A DNA stretch of 63,864 bases, the filler included, from Nemertoderma westbladi (lineage: Eukaryota; Animalia; Xenacoelomorpha): assembly GCA_032718475.1 (NCBI GenBank). It is 4 parts of 4 records of this genome, joined end to end, with 100 filler letters (N's around TTAATTAATTAA, not from the genome) between each part and the next. Parts side by side here need not be neighbours in the genome. Positions count along the whole stretch, not along the records: positions 1 to 22,368 come from JAUCBJ010004270.1; 3 more parts are not named here. One strand, 5' to 3'. This document shows positions 1 to 14,235 of this stretch, one piece after another. The first letter of the stretch is position 1, and the number at the start of each line of letters is the position of its first letter. The notes beneath the pieces were generated by a model. The model was not told the origin of the DNA. It worked only from the letters and a program-made list of their open reading frames with translations, and did not search any database. A program made the translations under genes and the position numbers.

Positions 1-1403
1 AAGTGTCGGAATTTAAATAGCGACCCACCCTCCCCTACCAACCCCCCCCCCCCCCCCCCACACAACCTCACCCTCCCCCACAACTCGCCAGTTCGAACTC
101 TAAATCTCATACATATATCACTAATCTCATACTATCATACATAATACTTCATTTCCTGGATGGCAGCTCTTACTAGCTATGCTATTAGCTGCTACCCACG
201 CCATCATAGACAATAATTAGTTTACCATCCCATTCTCATATCAACTTAATACTTCTTATAAGATAATAAAAAGAATGGTGCTGGGGTGCAATTTTATGTA
301 TTAACTAACTATTGATGGCAAATAAAGTTAAAGTTAAACTACTGCGTTAGGCGTTCCATTTCTGATGACTGAATTATACTGTTACGCATTAATGCCTTAT
401 CATTATTACATTACCTGATTACGTCCGTACCTGTGTACCTTTGAATAGTTATTATAACCTCTACACGGCAACACGGGCTGGCAGCCCCGGCGCCGCGGGG
501 GCCTATTCTTGGTCTGGACATCGTATCTGAATCTGTATGCAGGCCGTAACAGTAATAGGTAGAAAGTGCTGTGTGTATAGATGCCGCTCGCGCGCTCGGT
601 CTACAGTGGCACTTAGTTCGACTAGTCAGGGATTTTCTACAGAACAGATGACACCAGGGCCTTCCGCCTTCCACTAACATTTGTACATTTCGACGGACGA
701 TATATTCAGTAAACCCTGAATCTGTTCCGACTTCAGTGTGCTAAATGCCTCAAATTCCTCGGAGCCCGCCAGTAAAAAGAATATACCGTCATCGTCCATC
801 GAAATTCATGAAGGAGAGTAAAATTAGTTCCTTATCTGATGGTAGAGATGAAACTACTGCTGGACTTGGGCTTGGGGGCCGGTCGGGTTATACTCGGGTT
901 ATACCGGCCGGTTACTCTTTAAAGAACCATCATGCTAGGTTTATTCTCCTGCCTAAACCAGTGAATCATGTGACTCCTATCTGAATCCCCCCCAAAGACA
1001 TATCGGCCCTTTCGGAGGATGTCAAGTAAGACAATATGCGTGGCCACCTTAACAGTGTTCGCTTCTTACTGTCTTGGATTTAATAGACAAAGGTAATTGA
1101 TACATAATAGATACTGTATGCTGAGATAAATTAATTTTACGACTTCAATAATGAGGAACTGATATTATTTATATATATATATATATTTATTTTATTTGAT
1201 ATTATTTATTTATTATTAACTATCCTGGAATATTATAGTTTCGTTTAATGATTTGAGGAACTGATACTTTATTTCACTCTACTATGTGTTTGATACGGAA
1301 TTAAGAGATTCATATTCAGTTACAACCGTAATCCTGAGTTACGGGTACGTTTAACACTATCTGCTATCTGGCCCGGTCTATATTACTACAGTACTTAATT
1401 GGC

Positions 1404-2127
1404 CAGTGGGGAGGGGGGGGGGGGGGGGATTACTGTATAAATTCCCCCCCCCCCCCCCCCCCCCAGGACGAAAAGTACAAGTAAAAAATTGTCAAACTAA
1501 AACGTTTGTGTTTGTTTTGATAATACTGAAGGTATACGGGTTTTCGAGGTCGCTGATCACAATGGAAGTAGTTATATTTATTTCTGGTATGTGCAAATCC
1601 AATTTTGGTGCCATTCTAGTGACCCAGAACGAAAAGTACAAGTAGCAAAAATTTCAAACTGTTAAATTTTGCCTTTGGTTTAGTAATTCTGAAGCTATAC
1701 TGGTTTTCAAAGCCGCTGATAACGATACAACTCGTTAAATATAATTCGTGGAAACGCAACTATCGTTTTTGGTGTTTGTCTGGTGGGACGAAAAATACAA
1801 GCAGCATAAAATTTCAAACGGCAAAAATCAAATTTGGTTGGATAATACGATATTCTTGAGTGTCATATTCGTGATCAGCGTCCCAGAAAACCCATAATGT
1901 CATAAAATTAGATTGATTTGGTAATGATTTTTGATTATCAAATTTGTGTTAGTTGTATTTTTCGTGCTGCACATTGACACGTATCCAAAAAAACCGTTAT
2001 CAACAAGGTAGGATATTTTTCATTGTCATATTCGTGATCAGCATCCCAAAAAAACTATATGGTCATAGAATCAATTTGTTTTCTTGGTGATTTTTCATTA
2101 TCATATTTCCGTTTTTTTCTTGCTCCG
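1404..2127. mobile_element. Probable non-autonomous DNA-element remnant (AT-rich, GGTTTTCGAGGTCGCTGA-type internal motifs)
   Basis: Recurrent GGGTTTTCGAGGTCGCTGA / TCAGCGTCCCAGAAAACC and GAAAAGTACAAGTA motifs, similar in style to the interior of the element at 44806-46358; ends not resolved. Confidence 0.35.
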
Positions 2128-2843
2128 CTACTAGGATCGGCATGCTGCATTGCAGCTGCATTTTTAAGAATGCTGTGCCGGCTCATCGACAAAATTGCAC
2201 CGCCACAACTCCCTATCACCCATGACATTTGCTAGATCATCCGCATCTTCAAAGTCAAAGTCATGGGCTGTCCACCACGCTTATTCACTCCATGAGGCTG
2301 CCAAAGTACAAGATTATGCACTGGCTGGTCCTCACGGCGAAAGCAATGCCCTGCAAAGCGGAGGCGATTTTGTTCTAGTGTCAAGCTTGGGGGAACCAAT
2401 GAGACACCTCCAATGTTATATAGTGTCTGGTTGGAGATGTGTGCATTGTACTTGACACAATGAACCCGGCGTAGCATTCTTGTGAATGTGCCATCCAGAG
2501 ATTTGGTGTCCTCAGCAGTTAGAGCCCAGCATGGACTCCCATAGAGGAGTACTGGAACTACTGCTGCTCTAAATAATCGGACCTTAAGTTTCCGATTAAT
2601 TCTCGGTGACTTCCAAATCCTGGAAAGCCTATTCAAGGCTGCCCATGCCTTTCCCTTACGTATTCGAAGGTCCTCACTTGACTTCCGGATCCATGATCCC
2701 AGGTAACAGAAGTCATCCACATGCTCAAGCATACCATCTTTTGAGCTTATGCTCATCCGACCAGAGACTTGCCGAGGACTTTCAATGTTAACTGTCAAAA
2801 TTTTGGTCTTTCTGGAGTTAATAAAAATACCAACACTAGAAGC
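2128..2843 (-). mobile_element. 5'-truncated RTE-clade non-LTR retrotransposon, copy 1
   Basis: C-terminal RT/thumb region (HVDDFCYLGSWI, LLYGSPCW, RLRFAGHCFR); nearly identical to copies at 5301-6260 and 6737-7879; short (TAG)n tail; small deletion near 2250. Confidence 0.9.
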
Positions 2844-3539
2844 TAAAAGAACTAGAAGATCAATGAGATTCCCCGAAAAGAACCATAGAGTGTTAGGTTG
2901 CCCTTCTTGGGAACTGGCACCAACTTCCTTGCCTTCTTGCTCCAAGGGCACAAATAACTGACTAATAACTAATATAACAACAATGCCTATGTTGTTATAT
3001 TACACAACTCTTCGATATGTTTGATGTAGGTAGAGGAATAAACCTTCCCAATGAAATCAGCATATTCTAAAACCTCATTAGCCAAACTTTACGGCCAATT
3101 TACCACTTTTGAAAAAAGTGTTTCTTGCACTTTTGGTGCTCTTTTAGTATATATTGATATTTTGCTTCTAATCTTGCTTTCGATTACTAATAATGAATTC
3201 AACAAAACAAAAAAACATAGTATGGTTTCATGGTTATACACAAGTCTTTGAAAGGTGATGTATTTTGAGTAATTTTATCAATTCCGAAAGGTGTTGATAT
3301 GGTATGGGTGCCAGGAACTCCTCATATCTCGAAAACTACTGGAGCTATTAAATTTTTATTTGTCTCATCTGAAAGAGGACATAATTTTAGTTAGGGACGA
3401 GTACTTTTGACGCGCTAGACTAGATTAATTCAAGGGTTCTAACTAAAATAACTAATTTTAGGGGCTTTGCAGCAGCTTAGCGGGTCGTCTATAGTAGGTC
3501 ATGATATATACTGTACTTTATCTACTCAATAAACTTGAC

Positions 3540-4215
3540 TTCCCACTCCATATATACATAATTTCTCTCTCTATTAATATTTACATTATTTCCCCTCATT
3601 CACTTTATTGACCCTATTTCCCATCTATATTCACTTTAGTTCCCCCCTATATTTACTATATTTCCCCCAATATTTACTTTATTCCAACCTATATCTACTT
3701 TATTTCCTCCCTATATTTACTTTATTTCTACTCTATATTTACTTTATTTCCCCTATATTTACTTTATTTCCCTCCTTTATTTACTTTATTTCCGCCATAT
3801 ATCTTCTTTATTTCCCTCTATATTTACTTATTTCCACTCTACATTTACTTTATTTCCTCCCTATATTAACTTTATTTCCACCCTTTATTTACACCCTATA
3901 TTTACTTTATTTCCTCCCTATGTTGACTTTATTTCCCGGTATATTTACTTTATTTCCCCCCTATATTTACTGTATTTCCCCCAAATATTTTTACTTTATT
4001 CCCCTCTAGATTTACTTCATTTCCCCCTATATTTACTATATTTCCCCCAATATTTACTTTATTTCTACTCTATATCTACTTTATTTTCCCCAATATTTAC
4101 TTTATTTCCACCCTATATCAATTTTATTCCCCTATATTTACTTTATTTCCCACTATATTTACTTTATTGCCCCATATTTACTTTATTTCCCCTTATATTT
4201 ACTATATTTTCCCCT
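3540..4215. repeat. Degenerate ~21-bp pyrimidine-rich tandem repeat (CTATATTTACTTTATTTCCC) leading into the DYRK1A acceptor
   Basis: Visible periodic unit; ORF 3608-4009 is a low-complexity artefact of it. Confidence 0.85.
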
Positions 4216-4219
4216 TTAG

Positions 4220-5140
<921 letters not shown>

Positions 5141-5300
5141 TAATGCGACAATAATAGCACAATCAGTCAATCGGTTATAACACAGATGTAATAGCAGAAA
5201 AATACAGATTAATTGCTGATGTTAATGGTGGTGACGGTCATTAACTATGACCGGTCTGCAACTGAGTAACTGAATCAACTGACCGGTAAATCAGTAATGT

Positions 5301-6260
5301 ACTACTACTACTACTAGGATCGGCATGCTGCATTGCAGCTGCATTTTTAAGAATGCTGTGCCGGCTTGTCAACAAAATTGCACCGCCACAACTCCCTATC
5401 ACCCATGACATTTGCTAGATCATCCGCATCTTTAAGGCCAGTGTCCTTTAAGATGCGTCTCAAGAAAGTCATGGGCTGTCCACCATGCTTATTCACTCCA
5501 TGAGGCTGCCAAAGTACAAGATTATGCACTGGCTGGTCCTCACGGCGAAAGCAATGTCCTGCAAAGCGGAGGCGATTTTGTTCTAGTGTCAAGCTTGGGG
5601 GAACCAATGAGACACCTCCAATGTTATATAGTGTCTGGTTGGAGATGTGTGCATTGTACTTGACACAATGTACCCGGCGTAGCATTCTTGTGAATGTGCC
5701 ATCCAGAGATTTGGTGTCCTCAGCAGTTAGAGCCCAGCATGGACTCCCGTAGAGGAGTACTGGAACTACTGCTGCTCTAAATAATCGGACCTTAAGTTTC
5801 CGATTAATTCTAGGTGACTTCCAAATCCTGGAAAGCCTATTCAAGGCTGCCCATGCCTTTCCCTTACGTATTCGAAGGTCCTCACCTGACTTCCGGATCC
5901 ATGATCCCAGGTAACAGAAGTCGTCCACATGCTCAAGCATACCATCCTTTGAGCTTATGCTCATCCGATCAGAGACTTGCTGAGGACTTTCAAAGTTAAC
6001 TGTCAGAATTTTGGTCTTTCTGGAGTTAATAAAAAGACCAACACTAGAAGCAGCATGTTCTAATGAGCTGAGGAGCTGCTGGGCTCCCTCTAATGATTCT
6101 GAGAGTACTCCTAAGTCATCAGCAAAGTCTAGATCAGTTAGGTACTTGGCAGGATTTCCTCGACTTCTGGAGCCAGTAGGTGGAGTTATCATCACCCCAT
6201 CATCATTATGATGATCTAAGGACATGCGTAGAACATAGTCAACCACAATAATGAACAAGA
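5301..6260 (-). mobile_element. 5'-truncated RTE-clade LINE, copy 2, inserted in the LTR
   Basis: ORF 5347-6258 with DLDFADD RT motif; (TAG)n tail; target ATCAGTAATGTA recurs on both sides; absent from the other LTR. Confidence 0.92.
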
Positions 6261-6736
6261 TAATGTAATCAGTAGATCAGTAATGTAATATATGATTAAC
6301 ACATATGCATATTGATTTCACCTCTTACTGTACTTGGCCCTCTGTCCCCAATGGATGCTTTCTTATCTCTAATCATGTGCTTCCCTCCCCACTATTGGCT
6401 ATTATACTAATTGTCACTTTGGCACTCCCTGTGAGTGTTTCCCCCCGCTGCTAGCCTCTACTAGCTGTATTCCCTCCGAGGTGGTTTGACCTCTCACCTC
6501 TCTCTGTGGCTTTATGTGTGCTCTCTAATCCCACTTTCGGACCCCTCTGTCCCTTATTCTCTCTCTCTCGGACCTCGCTGTCCCTTACTCTCCCCTTCAC
6601 TGCTCGCTCCCCACATTTGAATTGCACTCCTCTCACTTCTGCGCATGTCAACACCTCCTCTCCATACTTTTCTCGTACTCAACCCATCTTTGTTCTCACT
6701 CTCCTTTCTCTCATCGGGTCTCATGCATGTGTACAC

Positions 6737-7879
6737 TACTACTACTACTACTATGATCGGCATGCTGCATTGCAGCTGCATTTTTAAGAATGCTGTGCCG
6801 GCTTGTCAACAAAATTGCACCGCCACAACTCCCTATCACCCATGACATTTGCTAGATCATCCGCATCTTTAAGGCCAGTGTCCTTTAAGATGCGTCTCAA
6901 GAAAGTCATGGGCTGTCCACCATGCTTATTCACTCCATGAGGCTGCCAAAGTACAAGATTATGCACTGGCTGGTCCTCACGGCGAAAGCAATGTCCTGCA
7001 AAGCGGAGGCGATTTTGTTCTAGTGTCAAGCTTGGGGGAACCAATGAGACACCTCCAATGTTATATAGTGTCTGGTTGGAGATGTGTGCATTGTACTTGA
7101 CACAATGAACCCGGCGTAGCATTCTTGTGAATGTGCCATCCAGAGATTTGGTGTCCTCAGCAGTTAGAGCCCAGCATGGACTCCCGTAGAGGAGTACTGG
7201 AACGACTGCTGCTCTAAATAATCGGACCTTAAGTTTCCGATTAATTCTCGGTGACTTCCAAATCCTGGAAAGCCTATTCAAGGCTGCCCATGCCTTTCCC
7301 TTACGTAGTCGAAGTCGAAGTCACCTGACTTCCGGATCCATGATCCCAGGTAACAGAAGTCGTCCACATGCTCAAGCATACCATCCTTTGAGCTTATGCT
7401 CATCCAATCAGAGACTTGCTGAGGACTTTCAAAGTTAACTGTCAGAATTTTGGTCTTTCTGGAGTTAATAAAAAGACCAACACTAGAAGCAGCATGTTCT
7501 AATGAGCTGAGGAGCCGTTGGGCTCCCTCTAATGATTCTGATAGTACTCCTAAGTCATCAGCAAAGTCTAGATCAGTTAGGTACTTGGCAGGATTTCCTC
7601 GACTTCTGGAGCCAGTAGGTGGAGTTATCATCACCCCATCATCATTATAATGATCTAAGGACATGCGTAGAACATAGTCAACCACAATAATGAACAAGAA
7701 TGGTGCAAGTGTGTCTCCTTGGAGGACGCCCCATAACACTTCAAATGGTTCTGTGTCACCGTCAACAGTAGACACAAATGTTGTCGAACCATCGTATACT
7801 GATCTGATTGCTGCAATAATTTCATCAGGAATCCCATATAATGAAAGTATGCTGAACATACGTGAGCGAGAGACTGAAT
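6737..7879 (-). mobile_element. 5'-truncated RTE-clade LINE, copy 3, frameshifted
   Basis: GVLQGDTLAPFLF and DLDFADD motifs; frameshift near 7310; (TAG)n tail; 11-bp TSD CATGTGTACAC (6726-6736 / 7880-7890). Confidence 0.93.
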
Positions 7880-8132
7880 CATGTGTACACCATGCCAGTG
7901 AGATCCGTCTAAAGTATCGTCCGATTGTAGTCAAGTGGTCCCCAATCCCAGTAGCTAATTGGAAAAGGGTTATATATGACTATAGTACTTACTTTCGTTA
8001 TATATTCGTATCAATTATATTGATTAACTACATACGTACATACTAATTGCACTTAATTATTTGCACCTAGGAGTTCGTATTATTCCCACGTGTGGTGCCT
8101 TCCAGGCACGCCCACATCTCCCTCTCTGAGTT

Positions 8133-11100
8133 CTAGTTCACTCCCCCCGTCTTCGGGAACCATCTTAGTTCTTTCCCCCTGTCATCATCTTGTGTGGACC
8201 GCTTACTTCCCTCTGGCTTGTCCTCTCTGAGACTCCTCATTCTCACCATTACCGCCTTGCTAATCCCTGTGGTCGATTCTTTGGGCGCTTGTGTTATCAA
8301 CTCCCGGTTACGCTTTGCAGGTGGCCCTTCCGAATGCCCCTCCTGCTTCCCCCTGGTAGCGTCCCACAAGATCATTTTCATCGTTTGCGGCACGTGCTCC
8401 ACCAGAAAATCCCTGAACTCGCCTCTGTTTTCTGGCGTCCACCTATCCAAGTACCCCTGCGTGTTGATGACTCCTCCATACGACGCCGCTGTCGCTACCT
8501 CCTGGTATGTGAATGGCAGTCTCCTCTTGATAATCTCCAGATGGGCTTCCGGATTGATGTTGAAGAAACCCCACCGGAACTCCTGGCAGAGGCGGAAATC
8601 CTGGGGGGGAGAGGGGGACATTGTCCCCCCCACTTTTTAGAATCGGTGATAATGTCCCCTCCACAATTAGTAAAGATACTGTAGGTTTTTCATTCAGTCC
8701 ATCAATGAGACCCATTGATCCATTATTGGTTAAAATTAATCGCAATAATTTTTATTGTCCATTTTTATCCTTTTTTTGTCAATTTTTTTTGATTTTTTAT
8801 GTCATCCAAAAGTCTAATGTTAGGTTCCATGCTACCGGTTTCTCTACTGCTGTTCTCTCAGGCTATCAGTACCGGTATTAGTATATATAGCACTATTTTG
8901 CGGTATTGTATGTACAGATGTAGGTATAAAGCAGGTATTTCTGTATTTTAGTACCGGTACCGGCACTGGTACTGCTATAGGCCTACTGTGTAGCCTACCA
9001 TTTAAATACGGTAATGGTAGGCCTACCGGTTGTGTTAATAAATTGTAAATAATTGATAGGCGAAACTGGATTGCAGGATTGTGGAAAATGTGGATATACC
9101 TTTCACATAATTTAGGCCTTACTGTATTAGTTTTATAATCAATAATGGATCATGACTACTGTCTGAGTAGTGTTACGGATAGCGGCTCCACTACTTCCAA
9201 CAGCACAGAAGGCCCGCCTCTGTAACCTGCCCCTTTCCCTCAATTAGTTAAATGATCGTTTATTGTTTTGGTTAGAAAATCCCGTCTCTGTAACCTGCTC
9301 CTTTCCCTCAATTAGTTAAATGATCGTTTATTGTTTTGGTTAGAAAATCCCGTCTCTGTAACCTGCTCCTTTCCCTGATTTGGTAAAGTGACTGTTTATT
9401 GTTTTGGTTAGAAAACTCGGCCTTAACCTGCTCCTTTCCATCAATTGGTAATTGTTTTTGGCTATAAAATGAGTGTTTTGCTACGTCATGTGGTAATCGA
9501 TTATCGACAACAACCACAAACTATTAAATATAGAGTCTTTTTACCACAGGCGCTTATGGAAATCTATCTCATAGTCTATAAATCATGGAATCATGGAATG
9601 TTTTGGCACAGGCATAGTGAAATCAACTGTCTGACAGTCCAGAAATCAGCAGTCTGACAGTTTGAAGAAATACATACATAAAAAGTGACAATAAAAGTCA
9701 TTAAATGGACAACAAAAGTCATGCATAATTCGTAAAAAAAAGTGACAAAAAAAGTCAAATAAATTGACATAAAAAATCACTGCCAAAATTAATTATCGCA
9801 GTATTTACCTACATAAAAATACAATACATTTTGCAATACACAAAATACATTTTACATTGTAAAATTGGACCTCCAAAAATGAAAGACCTGTATTATTTGT
9901 ATAATAATGACATTCTAACCACATTTAAATAGTAAATGTATTTGGATATGTTTTCAACGCTATTAATGAGATTTCAAGTTTGCAAGCAGCTTTCTCATAT
10001 ATCTTTTCTCAAACTCAAGTTATTAGCCAAAATGTAAGAGCTAGTCTTTTTTGAGAGGCCTTCGAGCAGGACGATAATTTCAATCGAATAAGGCCCTTTT
10101 CACCAAAAAGGCTCCCAAGGTGCAGATATAAATTAATAAAATTGGCAAATGGTTGTACAGTATAAATATGCTACATATAAATGCTGCAATATACTGTATA
10201 TATACATGCTGTAGGCCTATATGTTACAGTATATTTTTAGCTATGATAAAAAATTTAGTTGAATTTCAAACGAAATGATAAAAAATTATTTGACAAAGTC
10301 ATAGTCGAACAAAGAAAGAAGATATTATCTAAATTAACGGTAAACTTTGAATTTTCTTAAACTTTATTAAACCCATTAAATCGCAGAGAATGTATTTTTT
10401 TCTCGAAAAACTATATTTCTCGAAATCAGTTAATGAAATTATTTGAAATTTGGAACAGAGCTTCAAAATATGCTTGTCTCTATGGCTATCAAGCAATTTT
10501 AGCTAAAAATGCTTCACGGGGCCATTTGAGAGCGAAAAGGCCCCAAAACGGGCCTTTTTGGGGCCTTTTTGTTTATAAAATGGCCACAGCTAAATTTCTG
10601 CCATAATTGCTCGATAGCATTGGATGCAACCATGAAATAAACCGATTCTCCAAATTTGAACTCAATAACACCAATATTCAGATATTGTTCAAGAAGTAGG
10701 CCTACCCTTTTTGGCAAATAGGCCATTTGGCCGCTAAAGTGCTATCATGTTACCTTTTTTAAAAAGAATTTGGATTGTCCATTCCTAAACTTTTCACTAA
10801 ATTTTAGGCTGCGGAAACATCACAATGAGAAGTAGTTGTATTTGTGATCATTCGCTACCACACCACCCCCCCCCCCCCACCCCCTGTAAATTCAAGTTTG
10901 TAAAAAAGTTCATTCTCTTTCTGTCCCCCCCACTATCAAATACAGATCTCCGCCACTGACTCCTGGGCCTTCATCCTCTGTCGCGTCATAACGCTGACGT
11001 CGGTCGGCCCACTCCTCGAAGATCTTAAACTTCTCCTCATCGTCCATCCAGTCGCACTGGCGCCCATAGTGCCCTCGGAAGTTCCACTTTGAGCAGCGGT

Positions 11101-13500
11101 TGTGCAGCCTCGGACATGCTCCCATTCTATGGGTTGACTCGCGGCAGTAGAGGAAACTCGTCCCCTTCGGAAATTGATACAAGCAGCTCTTTTCCTGGTG
11201 AGTTAGCCTCCCGCAGTAATCACAGCCGTGTATCAACGCATCCCGCCCCAAGTCATCTTTTGCCCGAGCAGTCTCCTAGGTCTGTGGAGCCGTTGATAGG
11301 CAAACTTCTGGACATTGATGTCTCTATCCATATCCACGTCCTCCTCCTGCCTCGGCATCGTCTCCCCAAACACTACCTGTGGTGCCGTTCCCGGCTGCTC
11401 GCCCAACCTGATGATGCTCCCTGCGAAATCGTACCGGCTCCTCGTGCACCCAGGTCCGCTTGCCGGGTTTATCCCAGAAGGCCCTCGCCCCGCTGGCCGT
11501 ATCTGAGTGGCCGATCCTCTCGATGGGCGGTGGCATCTCCCCGAACTCGTCGTCATCTTCCTCCCTCGCTGGGAGTGGATCCAGACCCCGTATCATGGTA
11601 GATCCACTGTGCCCCTTTCCGCCTTGGCTTCCACCCATAACGTTCCACCCTTCCTGCTCCCTTGGTCTCTTTCTTACAAAATCGCCCTAAGAGCCCGCTG
11701 GCATGTGCATCACTTGCAATCCCGATGTCGACTGTTTCGTCGATTCTTCCGTCCATCCCAGCTCCTCCCCCAGAAATTCGCCCGAGCTCCCTGATCCCCA
11801 CCTCAGCTCGTCTAAGTGCTGGGCTTTGAACCCATAATCCTCTCCCCTTATATCCGCCTCTCTCTCATCTGCTTCCCTCCTTTCTCGCCTGGCGACTTCT
11901 TCCAGTCACTTCTCCTTGACTCTATCCGCTTCCAGCTTCTCCCATCCCTTGTATGGTGTATCCACCTCTCTCTCTACTAGGTGCCGGCTGTTGTAGTACA
12001 CCGACTCGCCCTTCAGCCCCGGGTGGTCTACCAGACCTTTGAAGGCCACCTTAAAGGCTCTTCTGTAGTTTAGAGGTGCTCCTGATAGCAGAAACGCCGT
12101 CGGCTCTCTTCCGATAACCACGGCCATGAATAGGTTTAGTAAACCTATCATTATCCAGTCCTCCTGTAGGATATATATCTTCTGATATATCTTTATCGCT
12201 CCTCTTCGGAACTGATACACCTCCTGTTTCCCTGGTCTCGCTCCCCATTTCAGCGAGTTCGCCAGCTCTGCTCCGTACTCCCCCCGGAACTTACCCCCAG
12301 TCCATCTGCTTGTGGCAGACGAGCCCCATGAGCTGACCCATCGCCACTGCTCCGCAATGTCCTGTGTTCTCTACCAATCCCAACCCATCTGGCCCTGTCA
12401 AGGCCATGTAGACCGCTTGCATGTCCAGGAGGTTGGGGGTCTCCAGTCCGACGATCCTCTCCGCATCGTCGCGGATCGCCGATCCCACCTTCACCGTAGT
12501 CTTCTCCCTCACTAGGTCCTGCACTGCCCTTGGCAACCGGTTTAACTTCGGCCCGCTCTTCTTCCCGTAGGTTCCTAGATCGAATAGAAATATGGCTCCA
12601 TTTGGCGCAGCCAAATGCAGTAGTATGGTTCTAGCCGATCCCGCTGACCCTCTTCTCGAGCCCTTGGGACTCTTCCTCTTTCAAACTTTGGTCGGCCAAC
12701 TCTGCCTCTCTCGCAATCCTCTCAACCCTCCCCGCCTCACGCTCCTTGCGCTCATTTGTTTCCCTCTCAATTCTTTCAGCCTCCTGCATCTTACGCTCGT
12801 TTTCCAATCTCGCCTCCTGCTCCTCGCGCTCTTTGCGCTCATTCGCCTCTCGCTCTCTGCCCTCCCTAATTTCTCTCTCCTCACCCTCTCTAAAGTTTCT
12901 CGCCACCCTCTCGGCCCTCTCCTTACACTCTCTCGCTAACTCTCTATCTTTCTCTAATAACGCGGTTCCTTCTCCCTGGCGACCCCCCTCACTCTCTCAC
13001 TCGCCAGTTCTCCCTGTCCAAAACGGACTAAATAGCCAAAATGTTTATTCGACTCACCTAGCCTCTGGTATAGTTTAGGCTGGTCTACCTTTCTCCCCTC
13101 CTTGGCCTCCTTAAGTAGTTTCTTGGTGGCGTTATAGGCCTGTCATAGCTGATCACTTGTCCTGACGTCCTCTTCGTCTACTCCGCCTCCTCTCCTTGTC
13201 CGGCATCGTACCGGCGGCCCCACCATCGTTGTTCCGGTGGGCCGTCCGTCGCCCTCGGCCTGTGGCTGGCCAGCGACTGCGGTACTCCAACCGCCGCCGT
13301 CGTCGTGCATCGACTCGTCTCCCTCTCTCCTCCGTAGTTGACGGCCGCCCTCCGCTTGGGCTACCGGATCGCCCCCTCGTCGGCGAATCTGGTGTGGCAG
13401 GCTGATACCGTCGCGTCGCGGCCTCACGGATCATTTGGTTGGTGTCGTCCGGGGTCGTTGGCGGCGTTCACTCTCCCTCTGATAATCGGGGCTCCCTATT
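8133..13500 (-). pseudogene. Decayed internal ORF of the LTR element: coiled coil + DEDDy (WRN/EXD2-like) 3'-5' exonuclease + three CCHC knuckles, split by a hAT insertion
   Basis: ARTILLHLAAPNGAIFLFDL...LPRAVQDLVREKTTVKVGSAIRDDAERI...LLDMQAVY (about 12635-12400); E/R-rich coiled coil 12960-12640; CDYCGRLTHQEKSC, xLYCRESTHRMGAC and CSKWNFRGHYGRQC (11225-11050); stop at 8133 just before the PPT; several frameshifts. Confidence 0.65.
8587..10958. mobile_element. Non-autonomous hAT-type DNA transposon
   Basis: TIRs CAGAGGCGGA / TCCGCCACTG; perfect 8-bp TSD ACTCCTGG (8579-8586 / 10959-10966); subterminal TGTCCCCCCCAC motifs at both ends; AT-rich, no transposase. Confidence 0.9.
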
Positions 13501-13562
13501 GCTCATCTTCCTCTCGCTGTCTTGCAGTCACAGTATTAGTTGGTAGGCTGGCAGTTAATGAC

Positions 13563-14235
13563 TGTGACGGGATCTATAAGATCCCGACCGGGTTAGATTT
13601 GTACGCGTCACCGTTCTGCTGGGCAGTCGTGCTAGTTCGCTTTGGCCGAAGGCCGTTAGGGAAAACAATAAGAGTTTCTGTTGTTTCTCAATATTGGTAA
13701 TGCGACGATAATAGCACAATCAGTCAATCGGTTATAACACAGATGTAATAGCAGAAAAATACAGATTAATTGCTGATGTTAATGGCGGTGACGGTCATTA
13801 ACTATGACCGGTCTGCAACTGAGTAACTGAATCAACTGACTAGTAAATCAGTAATGTAAGATAATATATGATTAATACATTGAATATTGGTTCACCTCCT
13901 ACTCTACTTTAGCCCTCTACCCAATGGATGCTTTCCTGTTCCCTATCACGTGCTTCCCTCCCCACTATTGGCTAATATACTACTTGTCACTTTGGCACTC
14001 CCTGGGAGTGTTTCCCCCCGCTGCTAGCCTCTACTATAGCTGAATTCCCTCCGAGGTGGTTTGACCTCTCACCTCTCTCTGTGGCTTTGGGGCTTGTGTG
14101 TCCCCCCCCCCCCCCCCCCCAATGTTGGTTATGATACGAGATTAATATTGGTAATCTCGTATCCCCAACATATTGCTAAAATGCCACTGGTCCCATTTTC
14201 TGGTGGGTAATGAAGTGGAATTGAATCCGCTTACA
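13563..14235 (-). repeat. 5' LTR (673 bp)
   Basis: TGTAAGCGG...GTCACA on the minus strand; 13563-14088 homologous to the other LTR, 14089-14235 unique. Confidence 0.75.

Noticed and set aside
1-1060. Possible LINE 3' tail (AATAAAGTTAAAGTTAAA near 322) and short ORFs at 411-984
   Set aside because: No protein motif recognised; too weak to call.
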